NCBI RefSeq assembly: GCF_006345805.1
Contig: NC_043009.1
Coordinates: 36,766,001 to 36,830,000, forward strand
DNA length: 64,000 bases
Source: Octopus sinensis
Taxonomy: Eukaryota
Direction: 5' to 3'
Shown one piece after another: positions 39,675-52,645 of this stretch. A program made the position numbers and the translations under genes. Every line of letters starts with the position of its first letter. Position 1 is the stretch's first letter. The notes beneath the pieces were generated by a model that saw only the letters and a program-made list of their open reading frames with translations, was not told the DNA's origin and made no database searches.

Positions 39675-39705
<31 letters not shown>

Positions 39706-40114
39706 TGTATGTATGTATGTATGTATGTATGTATGTATGTATGTATGTATGTATGTATGTATGTATGTATGTATGTATGTATGTATGTATGTATGTATGA
39801 AAGAAAGAGAGAGAAAGGGAGAGGGAGAAGGAGAGAGTGAGAGTAAAATAGCGAGGGATAGGAGAGAGAAAAGGATGAAGAGTTGAGGGTAAACACCAGG
39901 AAAATGAAGTCTGCTCCTGTAATAAAGTATCCAGTTTCGAACCCTACGTATGACATGACAAAATGATTGGATTACGAGAAACCAACACAGCAAATAGATA
40001 TATGCCTCATTTTATTTCCTCAAAAATAACAAATGCCATACTTTAAAAGCGATTGCTCTATAACCAATGCTTGCACTTACAGATACACATATGTGTGTGT
40101 GTGTGTGTATGTGT

Positions 40115-40151
<37 letters not shown>

Positions 40152-40525
40152 TGTGTAGCTGTGGTTGTATGCCTGCATGTATGTGCGTGCGTATTTGAAG
40201 TCTGATTTGATAGTAATATGCGACCTGTGAGGTTTTTTTGACACCTAGTGTGATGCAGTTTAAATAAATAAGAACAATAAACCCTGTAACTTCCTGTGCA
40301 AATATATAAAAGTTGGTGGAGAAAAGATCTCGTTTGCTATTTAAGCAGTAAATCCTCTGAAATCACATTTGTTTTTTAGATATATTTTCATTAAGGCTTT
40401 AGTTTCACTTTAGCTTTTATATTCACATACATACATACTCACGCACGTATACGTTCATACATACGTAAATATATATATGTATATATATACATGTATATGT
40501 CTATGTATGTATGTATGTATGTATG

Positions 40526-40591
<66 letters not shown>

Positions 40592-40599
40592 TATATATA

Positions 40600-40725
40600 T
40601 GAAAAAATGAGTAGATACGGCTTTTTTGTGGAATAATTTTTATTTTAATTTTATTTGTGTAAACATTATTACTAAGATTAAATAAAAAATTATCTCCAAA
40701 AAGGCCATCTCTACTTATTTTTTCA
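40600..40725. repeat. Short AT-rich inverted repeat (MITE-like)
   Basis: tgaaaaaatgagtagatacggcttttttgtggaataatttt pairs with aaaattatctccaaaaaggccatctctacttattttttca. Confidence 0.55.
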
Positions 40726-41159
40726 AATGTATATCATACTGTACCATGAGCTTTCTGTTTTGTAAGAAGTTTTTTCCTAGTGTGTGTGAGCACTTTCTAT
40801 TAATCTTTTGAAACACACGTGCTCTTGAAGAATGTATAAAGAATAATGCAATAAACCTCATTAACCTACAGCTGTTTCCACCATTGGATGCAGTGCACCA
40901 AGAACTGAGTGCTTGTGCAGCTCCTCGGAGCTGCCCTTCATGTTAGAAGCTCTGAGGAAGCTATAAGTTTATGTACAAGTATTCAGCTCTCGTTGCGCTG
41001 CATCTTATAACAGAAACAACTGTAACGAATGTCATTTTCATTTGTCATTATTTCATTTCATGTTATGCTCTTTTCTCTACTAACTGTTTATTCTGAAGTG
41101 TATGTATACTGTATTCTAATGCCAGCTGAACAGCATTGCTATGCCTAAGCGAAACATCT

Positions 41160-42236
41160 TAGTAAGAATGGAAAGGAGATAGATTCCTTAATACAAACTG
41201 TAAGGCTCTCCAGCAAAGATATAGGTATAAAATTTGGTATAGATAAGTGTGCATTAGAAGGGGACAGCTAATCAACAGTAAAGGAATCCAATTACCAGAT
41301 GGCCAGGCATTAAAATCCTTGAAAGGAGGAGAGAGTTATAAGTATCTAGGAGTATTAGAATCTTACAGAGTACTAACTACAGAAATGAAGGCGAAAATTG
41401 AAAAGAAGTATATTAGAAGGGTGAGGAAGCTAATGAAGTCAAAGCTAAATAGTCCGAATCTAGTGAAGGTTATAAATAATTGAGCAGTATCATTACTTAG
41501 ATACTCAGCATCTTTTGTAGAGTGGACAAAAACTGAATTAGCAAAACTAGACAGAAGAATTAGGAAGGAATTCAATATGAATGGAGGACTCCAGCCAAGG
41601 GCAGGAATAACAAGATTATACCTACCTAGAAAGGAAGGTGGAAGAGGGTTAATATCAGTAGAAGACTGCGTGGAGTTAGTTAGAGTAGATATAGACTCCT
41701 ATGTAGGTAATAGCGAAGAAAGTTCATTAAAAGCTGCGAGGGTCACAGCAAGATATAATAAGGAAGCCCAAATCCCAAACGAAGTTAAAAACCAGAAAAA
41801 ATAACAGAAATTATCTGACTGACAGAAGGTGTTGAATGGTAGATTCCCAAAGGTAGTTGCGGCAAATAATAGCAGTGAGACATGGTTGTGATTGCAGAAA
41901 GGAAAACTGAAGAGGGAGACAAAAAGTTTGTTAGTAGCTGCACAAAACCAAGCATTAGGGACTAATTAGATAACAGCCAAGATAGACAAAAAACAAGTAG
42001 ATTCCTAATGTAGACTATGCAAATCAAAAGAGGAAAGCGTCTGTCATATAGTAAGTGAATGTAGCATGCTGGCACAAAAAGACTACAAGAAAAGACATAA
42101 CAATCTAGGGAGAGTAATCCACTGGGAGCTATGTAGAAAGCTGGGATTTGAACATACTGATAAACGGTATGAACATTAACCTAGTAAAGTACTAGAAAGT
42201 AAGAAATATAAGATGTTGTGGAACTTTAACATTCTC

Positions 42237-42237
<1 letters not shown>
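41160..42237 (+). mobile_element. R4/Dong-like non-LTR retrotransposon relic (RT C-terminus to zinc knuckle)
   Basis: DSLIQTVR..SKDIG.KFGIDKC, ESYKYLGVLE, RLYLPRKEGGRGLISVEDCV, CRLCKSKEESVCHIVSEC (C-x2-C-x8-H-x4-C), LWNFNI. Many stops. Confidence 0.88.
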
Positions 42238-42294
<57 letters not shown>

Positions 42295-42445
42295 TAATAA
42301 TAACAGTAAGAACATGTAGTTAGGTACATATATGTATACACACTTATACATTTATATACCCGTATATATATACATTCATATTTACACACACACACACACA
42401 CACACACCACACACACATATATATATATATATATAATACGTACGT

Positions 42446-42498
<53 letters not shown>

Positions 42499-43026
42499 TA
42501 CATATATATACATATATATATGTATATATATATATATATTATATATATATATATATATTATATATATATATATGTATATATATATATTATATATATATAT
42601 ATATATATAATATATATACGTACGTACACACACACACATATATATATACATACGGGTATATATATATATATATTTTCATTCATATATATATATATATATA
42701 TATAGGCATGTGTGTGAGATAATTGGTTCAATGCCCCTGTAGTCCGTGACAATGCAGGGTGTGTTCCAGCGTGTGTTCCTGGGTGTTTCTGCGTTTGTCT
42801 TTGTTTATCTGCGATCACGGTATCATCGTTTTTATTCTAAAGGACACAGATGTTAACAGTGTTGTTGTTGTTGCTGCGGCTGTTGTTGTTTGTTGTTCTT
42901 CTTCTTCTTCTTGTAGTACCCATCTCAACTAGTTGAGTTGCTTATATCAGATGTATACACATGCACACACGCGCTCTTACACAGACACAAACACATACGT
43001 ATACATACGCATACGAACATTGACTA

Positions 43027-43058
<32 letters not shown>

Positions 43059-43299
43059 TTATGTATATGATCAGACTCCAATGAGGGTGTTGGTGTTCTG
43101 CATCGGTAAGACTTATATTATTAAGTAAAATCTTTAAAAATAAGTACTGTGAACTTGTAGGGAGGAGTGGAAAATCCACCGTTTCAGATACAGTCCTTCA
43201 TAAGGGCAAAGTTGAAAGTAGAGAACTTAATAAGAGGGAGGATAGTTTTTACAACCTCTAGGTTAAAAAAAGAACTGGCTGCACGCACACACATACTCG

Positions 43300-43338
<39 letters not shown>

Positions 43339-43810
43339 CACACACACACACGCACGCACAAATTGAAGTTTTTCCCATCGTAGAAAAACCAAAGTATTCC
43401 AACCACTTAGTGTTTTAACATGTTCAACATAAGTTTTGTATGGATAGAACTAATTTCTCTTGTCACATCCAACGTAAAAATGAACACTGCGCATCACATA
43501 CGACGTGCAGCGGATATCCTCACATACAACTCTTCGGATGGTGCATTTTGAAAAACTTTCCTCGATTCAACACGATGTGTATTTTTAGTGATGTATATTG
43601 TATATGGTGATTGACGATTTAAAGTCTAATTCTCAGCATATCGGGATAGAATTTTTTTCTTCTGCCCTTATAATTGTTTATAATTTTCACCTTAAAAGGT
43701 ATTTTAATTTGCTGGTCACTTGAAATTGTTTTAAAAAATTTTATCCTATATTAGAAGTATACAAACATACATACATACATACATACATACATGCATACAT
43801 ACATACATAC

Positions 43811-43843
<33 letters not shown>

Positions 43844-44049
43844 TAATATATATATATTATATAATATATATATATATATGTGTGGTGTGTGTGTGTGTGT
43901 GTGTGGTGTGTGTATGTATGTATTATATATTATATATATATATATATTTATAAAGACCAAAATTCTGAAAGACCAAAATCGTGAAACACAGAATACAAAA
44001 ATTATGAGCCGTGAAGTTATAATGTGTTAAAGAATACTCTACATTAATC

Positions 44050-44860
44050 ATACAGATATCTGTGTTGATAACACCTATAAGGAGGTGCTTTTTCCATTCG
44101 CCAAAGTGAATGAAACCTTGGCCAGGAGGAATTGATGTCATCAGACGGTATCCAACGTTCATTGGGCGTTTCGATCCTGAACCGTAACACGCATCCACCC
44201 GTTGGTGGATCAGCAGAGTCAGTCAAGTCACTACTCCTTATCTACTCCTGGCTCCAAAGCCAACAAGAGGCTCTTTCAGCTGCCTCACCCGTCCTATACA
44301 AAGCCACCCTTCGCTCTTCACCTCTCATTCCAATTGTTGTAAGCATCCTCCATGCTGAATGAGCAGGGAATCCTCTACAGCCAATCTAGACTGGGAAAAG
44401 CCATACCTGCCATCTCTTCTCCCTGTAGAAACCTCATATCTCGCACGCTTCCGTTCATGGACTTCATTATGCCGCTCTTCCCACGGGACTGTGAGTTCAA
44501 TTACGATAATTTTCATGGCATTTTCAGACCACAGGACCACATCTGGCCTCAGGATTGTATAGACAACCTGGGGGAACTGCAATCTCTCCTCTACGTCTAC
44601 TTTCATATCCTATGTTTGTGAGTGTGTGTGTGTGTGTGTGTGTGTGCAGCAAGCTATGTAATGTTTTTGTTGACTTACTGGTCTGTCTCTCTCTCTCTTT
44701 CACGAACTTAATTGCTGCTGTTGCCTTCCCTTAGAGATGATATTCCTTGTGCCTTTCCTCCAGCTTCCATAGGTTCCAGCTTTCATAGGTCAGTCTATGT
44801 GAGCTTGTTCATAGAGAGGTCCCATCTAGTCCATGCATCCTGAAATACCAATTACACAAC
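44050..44860 (-). mobile_element. HERO-like RLE-type non-LTR retrotransposon, 3' relic
   Basis: LRPDVVLWS..IIVIELTVPWEE..HERKRARY, WQVWLFPV*IGCRGFP..GEAAERASCWLW. Upstream QDAWTRWDL..DL*KLEP. Interrupted by (TG)n. Confidence 0.75.
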
Positions 44861-44959
44861 TCTCGACTTCCTTCCCAAGAATACAACAGGGATGTGGCTA
44901 GAGTCTCACGAGGCTAACTATGAAATGGGCGAATGACCAACTATGTTGGTCGTTTCGGT

Positions 44960-45507
44960 TAAGAATGTTGTTTTGAAAGTGTGTAATATATCTGTCTCTG
45001 GACAGTATTGACTACCTGGTCAAGTTTATGATTAATACTGTCCGGAGAATATACACCACGAGCAAGGATAACAGGGCAATTAATAACTATGTTGCAAATA
45101 CGGACAGCGACCATATCAGCAACAACACAAATAAAAATGAAGATGAAAATAAAAACTTTTGTTCTTCAAAAGTTTTTCACTCAAACCCCAATCTAATTAT
45201 GGGGACAGGAAGCATGTCGTATACAAAGGTAAAAACAGGAAGAAACGTGACGTAACATAGTATAACTCTCCCTTCAATTACGTAATATATACTAATATAA
45301 GTAGAAAACTATTTAGTATACTAAAGCGCGACCTTACTCCCTCACAGAAGTATTACCGCTTATCCTCCTGTAGGGTTTCCTGCCTAACACTCCCCAATTT
45401 AGGTACAATTATAGCTGGCCTGAATAAGAAACACATATCCATGGCCCAAAGTAGTAATAATACCCTTAGTAGTAACGCTCCAAATTAAAATAGCAGTAAG
45501 AAAAACG

Positions 45508-45553
<46 letters not shown>

Positions 45554-45554
45554 C

Positions 45555-45596
<42 letters not shown>

Positions 45597-47716
45597 CTTA
45601 TCACCACTATCTCTACCGACACTAATACTGTATACAACAATACCAACAGCGAGCTAGTATTGTTAGTGAGTAGATGTTATACTACTGACAAGAATCAGCC
45701 AGCCACAAATAGGGATAGCAGCCGTACCAACTATGTCACAACTATCAATAGTAGCAGCGGTATGGATTCCACCAGCTTAAGCTCATACAATATTGCTCCC
45801 TACAACACTCTCTCCACTAGCTCTAATGACAGCCCACCTACTCCCATTTATGTTGCCGATATGTTAAACGCACAGAACTCTAACACCTGTGTTGGTAATC
45901 TTTCCATTATACCACCCACCCTCGACCCTTTAGTGTCACTATCTGAAAATCAAATCTCTTACGTCAGCGCCAGTCTCAACAGTCTGCGACCCAAGATTCG
46001 GCAACTAATTTTAATCATAATAGTATTGATCATAGTAATATAAACCCCAGCAACTAACTCTCGCGAGCTTGAACTATTACGCAATGATAACGTTGGATCA
46101 TGTACCCGTAACAATAAATTTCAAGTATTAGAAAATATTGGGTGCAATTGTTTAGACAAAATATCTCGTCCACTTTCTGGTCAATGTTTAGCAGAAAATA
46201 TGATTTACAAATGTGATGTAATGGAAACCACTATTGATCGACTGTTCAGTAAATCTCAAGGGACGCTTAGGCAATCACTATTCATCCTTTAAATTAAGAC
46301 GTAGGGCTGGCAAGACGTCTCTAGCCATGAAGATTTGGGAACTCAAGGACGACAATGTTAAATTTGACTTGAATTGCGACATCATTATGGTCGCTAAACC
46401 GTACTTAAACAGTAGATACGGATACAAACTTTGCTGCATGGTGCTATTTGAAATTTTAAGATCTAAGATCTAATTTTAAGAGAAAAATCTACTAAATAAT
46501 AAAATAGAACTTCGTCTTCCTGTATACATATGGCTACCCACACGTTTAAATACTTTAAGGACATTAAACACCCCCCCTATAATAGGCGCCAATCTAGGTC
46601 CAATCCAATTTACTCCCTCTTTCATTAACCCATTCGTCTATCGATCTACCCATTCGTTTCTGAGTTCTCCTGGTCTCGTTTTCCCCTTTACCAATACCTT
46701 CTAACCGCTCTAACTATACTTACATGGTACGCTATATTGAAGGAATGAATCGTTCTATCTGTGGTGTACTCGGTATTATGCGATAGCGATGACAATGACA
46801 CTTAACCTCTAGTAGCAGCCTGCACACCCTAGACAGTTCATTTCCATTCCTATTAAGTAAGTACTCCTTACACCGACATACAGTTTGTTTTTTATAAATA
46901 GCACTCGTTATATTGTAGATAGAATACACTATCCAAACTCCTTACCCGCGACTATTGTCTTGAGTTGTTTCACCTGATGCACACAAAGGAGGTTATACTA
47001 TCCAATTTTGATATCATCGCCACCCGTTTAACATTCCAAATTGTTAATCTTTAGACTACCCCCTACTGCTGGTTTTCCTTATTATCTGATCTGCTTTTTC
47101 TTCTCACTCTATGTTAGGTGTAGTTCATTATATAATCCCATCCTTCTTTAAATTCTTTAAACTCATTATTGATAGGGTGCACTCTACTATAACTTCAATT
47201 CTATAAACGTTTGACCTTCGTACCCACCCCCTACTTTCAACCAATATCCACTAAATACCCGTAGATCTCTGTGTTTCTCTGTACCCCTCCCTTAGTTATT
47301 TACCATCAGCTAGAAGTTTCTATGCCCCGACCCTATACCTGATTGGCTTAGTTGGTTTTACTTTAAATTTTAAATTTCCCTTCACTCTTACGTTTGATTT
47401 ATTTATCATTTCTTTTCCCCTTCTATAATAAATTATCTCTTACACCCCACCCCAGACTACACACTTTCAAGAACTACATTCTTAACCTAAACGGCCAACA
47501 TAGTTGGTCATTCTCCCATTTCATAGTTGGCCTCGACAGACTCTGGGCACATCCCTGCTGTATTCTTGGGTTATTCATTTCTTTTGTAACATTGCTTCTC
47601 GTCTGAATATTACGGTCTTTTATAATGATGTAATGTTTTCATTCTTCTATTAAAACGTACGTAAGAAACAGATGTTATGAGCAGATAATTATTCATCGTA
47701 TGTTATTATTCATTTG

Positions 47717-47770
<54 letters not shown>

Positions 47771-47788
47771 TATATAATATTATACATG

Positions 47789-47860
<72 letters not shown>

Positions 47861-47990
47861 CATGTATAGAACCCGCCACATGTCTAAATTTAATTTTCAT
47901 AGCATTTTTTTGATGGCCTGATAACTGAAGAGATGCCGCCGTGGGTTTCCGCCCCGACATCCGAAACTCGGAGTTTTATCATGGCTACCG
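44960..47990 (+). mobile_element. 5'-truncated Penelope-like element, Naiad-like (RT thumb, long linker, GIY-YIG, long 3' region)
   Basis: RDVT*YNSPF..TNISRKLF..PNLGTII, CNCLDKIS(R)PLSGQCL (CxCx5C-like), MIYKC..LKGRLGNHYSSF..SLAMKIWELK..YKLC..NLLN. Hammerhead at 47919. The 3' boundary is inferred. Confidence 0.75.
47919..47981 (+). ncRNA. Type-I hammerhead ribozyme candidate with canonical core
   Basis: UGAUAA CUGAAGA GAUG..CAUC C GAA ACU-cgg-AGU U UUAUCA. Stem I is 6 bp. Predicted cleavage after U47975. Confidence 0.6.
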
Positions 47991-48786
47991 AATAATTGTC
48001 ACATATTATATTTGCAGCTATATTATATATCATCTATATATATATATTTATATATATATATATGTATGTATATATGTACGCACAGACCCCACCACGCACA
48101 CGCGCACGAGCGCACACACACATACGTATGTATTGCACGACATGGTATCATTAAGTAACGAAATTCTGTGGGATGGGGCATCATCTCAAATCATCCACGA
48201 CAACTCGGCCATCTTTATAGGCTAAAGCACTAAAGCTATTTGCTCAATCATCCTACCAAACAATGACCTACAATAAATTTTATCGCACATAAAACCATCA
48301 AAACATGACGTACATAATTTCATAAGTAGTTATACTGTCCTTCGTATCCAGGAGAGATTTTCCTTCGTCTGTGGGCGATACGCTTCTTTTGCATTGCCTC
48401 ATTCACCACCACCACCACCATCACCACCACCACCACCACCACCACCACCATCACCACCACCTTCACCAGCACCAGCACCGTCAGCAACCACCAGCACCAT
48501 CAGCACCACCAACACCACCAGCAGTACTAGCACCACCATCACTATTACCACCACTCCCAATAAAAGTAACAAATTTGAAAGTAATTGTGTGCAATACATA
48601 CATACATACAGACATACATGTAAATATATGAGAATATATGCATATAAATGTGTGTGTGTGCGTGTGTGTATATAAATATATGTATGTATGTATATATTCT
48701 TTTATCCTTTTATGTTTCAGCCTTATGGCTGTGGTCATGCTGGGCACCTTATATATGTGCATGCATACATACATACATACATACAT

Positions 48787-48848
<62 letters not shown>

Positions 48849-49989
48849 CGACACAGAAAGATACAAACAGGGAAACAGAGTGCAATACTTCTATACACAT
48901 TCATAGACAACACACACAATTGACATACACACTGAAACGTGCACTCTCCGAATAAATATATTAAAAAGGCACATACATGCACTCACACAAACACATACAC
49001 ATACGCACAGACATGCACACACACACACACACACACAAAGAGAGGCTAGCGAGTACACTTACTTGTACTTATGTAGCCAAGTAAACGGTATTGTTATAGA
49101 AGAGAATTCGGTTAATGTGATAAAGGATTGGCGTTAAAGAGCGACCCAGAGCTGCCTAATGAAGGCACCTGAATAATTTCAACAATGAGAAATTAAATGT
49201 AGAACATCACAGTTCTTGTGAGTTTAGTGCCACCAGAGAATAATGGTTTACTTGTCCATTGTTAGCTTTCCCTTACAAGTCTTTAAACAGCTGCCTCTTA
49301 AGTGGTGTTTTGCGAGCGGCATCAACCGGAAGTTTTATTGGAACCTGTTTAGATTAAAGCACTTAAGAAGATCTGTTGTTTCCGTATTAAAGTAAGTCAG
49401 GAGAAACTGAAAATCAAAAAGCAAAACAAATTATCACATCATTATAAAAATAAAATAGAATAATGTGAAATAAGTAAATAAATGAATAAAAAGAAATTCG
49501 TGAAAAGCTTCGAAAAAGATGGCATTTTTATAATGAAGCAATAGTTGTTTGTTGTTGACGTTATTTCGAAATTAATACCATATGTGTTGGATAATGTGAA
49601 ATCACATTGTTTAGAAGTAAAGGAATGATAATACAAATGATATCGTATTTTTTAGAGAATAGTAGGAGAAAGAATTATGTTATTATTCTGAATGCTGAGT
49701 ACCATGTCTTACGGGAATAAATACTTTCGTAGAATGGTAGCAGCACTCCCATGACATACAACGTATCTTGGGTGAGGTTTTAAAGACCCAGCCGGGCCCA
49801 TCCCTTTCCAGGTTTAACCAGATCCGGTTTTATGGTAACAGAAAGAAAGGGGTACAGAGAGAGGAAGTGAAGAGTCGGTTTCACTACAGAACCGCGTTGT
49901 TTATCGACTTCCGAAAGGACGAATGGCACATTTGACATCGGCAGGGTTCAAACTCCATAGAAGTCAAAAGCTGCGAGAACCTCATATCA

Positions 49990-51341
49990 GCTGAAAATAT
50001 CCACAAAAATAATGATAGCGACAGGCACTACCTAAGAAGAGAAGAAAGATGTAGATGTTTTAGATCAATGCAGACGGCCATCGAATGTTGTATACTACTC
50101 CACAGGCAGCACTTGTTAAACAACAGTCAGAAAAATAAATACAAGCATCAAAAAGAAATACATAAACTTAGTGCTGAAAAGAGAAGAGAAGAATATCCAA
50201 TGTGTTGGCAGCGATCTTTTCAAGAAGCACTCTCTTCCTGATGACCTCCCATACATTCGGGCATGTTTCCCGAAGACTTGAAGACGACAGTAATATCGAC
50301 ATCAGGTGCAGACTCTCTTAGAATCCCTACATCACATCACACTTCGAAGGCTGTGCATTTGCAATCCAAGGGCAGGAGATGGCTACGAAATAGCTAATAT
50401 GCAAAAGAGACAGACAAGCACTTGGAGCCCCAAGATGCAACTGAAACTATCGATTGTATTATGTTTCTTGTGGTTAGCAGCTGCCAAAGCTATATACAGT
50501 GCCATTCGGTGAAAGACTGATCTGGAATAAATATAGAGAACCCCACTATTATTGAATATATTCACAGACATTAACACAAGGGATACAGGTGGCACATTCC
50601 TGCCAAAATATTTATCAAGAGTAAAGATATTATTGAATGGTTGTATACTGTCAATCTAACAAGAACGTGACAGTAGGGGGTACACCACCGCTGTATAGCC
50701 CTAGGAAGCATCGAACGCCTCCTGATGGCTTTGACACATTTTCCCCTGTGTCCTTATATACATTTACGAAGGGGAAAATGTGTCAAAGCCATCAGGAGGC
50801 GTTCGATGCTTCCTAGGGCTATACAGCGGTGGTGTACCCCCTACTGTCACGTTCTTGTTAGATTGACAGTATACAACCATTCTATCGCCCCACCACCGTA
50901 CATGTCTCTACGAGAGATTTAGAAATTCAATATTTCTTATAAAGATATTATTGTTTGAGACAAAAGAAAAGTATTTACCGTCAGAGAGGTTAGCTGTCCT
51001 GCTGATGAGAATATCTTTTTAAAAATCAAAGAGGAAGCTGATAACTATGAGCAACTGCTTCAGGTCACCCAACTTCTATATCCAGATTTTACATTCACAG
51101 TTATACCAATAGTAATTTGTGCACTTAGTTTTGTGTGTAAATACCTAAGTAAAAATCGGAATAAACAAGGGTTTTCACAAAAAGAAATCAAATAACTTTC
51201 AAATACAGTCTGTAAGTGGAACAGTAAAAATATGCAAGTTCAAAATGTGACGTTGTTTTTATTACCTTTATTTCAATGATGGAGTTTTGTATCTTTGTAA
51301 GAAACCAGCTCCTTCCTCTGTGAAAGAATTCAAATAATTAA
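49990..51341 (+). mobile_element. RLE-type (R4/NeSL-like) LINE relic interrupted by the palindrome element
   Basis: NPYITSHFEGCAFAIQGQEMATK, AKAIYSAIR, YRWHIPAK..KDII|V*D..EVSCPAD..NYEQLL..LYPDF. Same family and 3' UTR as 2741-3082. Confidence 0.75.
50635..50941 (-). mobile_element. Palindrome-plus-tail element, copy 2
   Basis: 248-bp inverted repeat (50635-50882) with essentially perfect arms, plus a 59-bp tail. Flanked by the direct repeat (TA)AAGATATTATT(G) at 50622-50635 and 50940-50953. Confidence 0.88.
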
Positions 51342-51355
51342 ATGCAAAAGAAAAC

Positions 51356-51416
<61 letters not shown>

Positions 51417-51629
51417 CTTTATTTAAAGCAGCAGAAAAATTCAACAAAACCTGTTACTCTGAGTTTCCCGTTGCCGTTCATCGGACAGTTTTTGTTAGAT
51501 TTACTCCGGTATATATATATATATTATATATATATATATATATACACATATATATATATATATACATATATATATATGTGTGTATATATATGTATATATA
51601 CATGCACACAGGGTACAAGGGTATTTAGG

Positions 51630-52370
51630 GACACTTAATTATTAGTATATTACGTTCATTACTTTCTTCACACCAAGTAAATGGTTTTCATTTCATTCAG
51701 ATCCCTCGCAGAAGGTAAAATGCTAACTTAAATGATAAGACTTTCAGTCATTGTTGCTATATGTGAGTAACACTGCGATTGAAAAATCGCCAATCTTTCT
51801 CAATACTGCAAGAACTTTTGTACTCAAAGTTTCGATGGTATTGGACACCTCTAGCGGGAATGCATTAACTGTATCAAAGAGAACAAAAATTCTAAATGCT
51901 CTGACACTAAAAGATACCACATTTCACCCAACCATTTCGAAACATTATCGTTGATGCTCCCAGAAAATCAGTGAAAGCCATCACCAAAGATCTACAGTGT
52001 TGAAGTAGACTCTTAGAATTGGTACACAAGGATATTCGATATAAGTCCTATGTACCAAGGAGAGTCCAATTCCTGTCTGCAATGCTAAAGGAAAACTGTT
52101 TCATTTTTGTGAAGCGATTACTTTAGCAATGTTAAAATTCCTCACGAGAATGGAATATTTTGTTTCTTCTCTGATGAGAAAATCTTCGACCGAGGACAAA
52201 TATCAAACAGGAGAAATATCTGATAGTTATGTGCAGATACTTCTAATGATTCCAGAATAATGTACTGTAAATTTCCAGTAGCTGTGGTGGTTTTAAGAAG
52301 GTTGGGTAATAAGGGTCACATCATGCCACCTCACATCTTTCTACAACAACTCAGAAATAATACTGCTCGG
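51630..52370 (+). mobile_element. maT/DD37D-like transposase relic
   Basis: ENGIFCFFSDEKIFD..NRRN..LCAD..KFPVAVVVL..NKGHIMPPHIF. The catalytic spacing is not visible, so the family call rests on motif resemblance. Confidence 0.65.
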
Positions 52371-52419
52371 TAAGTTGAGCAGTAAATCCTATGTAATCCG
52401 AGAAGGGATGTCAGATAAT

Positions 52420-52645
52420 CATAAGGTGATGACCTCAGTTTTTAGGGGATGCAAAAGGCATTGCGTTTATTGACTATCTTCAAAAGCGTCCCACCATCAA
52501 TGGAGTGTACTATGTCAACTTGCTGAGGCAGATACGAAAGGCTACGAAGATCAAACCACCAGGTAAACCGATGAAAGGGATCCTGTTTCATCAGGACAAT
52601 GCTCCAGCACACAAGTCCTTAGCTTCAATGGCTGCTGTGCGAGAA
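52420..52645 (+). mobile_element. mariner (DD34D-type) transposase fragment
   Basis: KVMTSVF.DAKGIAFIDYLQK..TINGVYYVNLLRQIRKA..GILFHQDNAPAHKS. Confidence 0.8.

Noticed and set aside
44125-44180. GAAA..CTGATGA in the HERO-like 3' UTR as a permuted hammerhead
   Set aside because: The spacer is too short for both stems I and III, and the stem II closing pair is mismatched.
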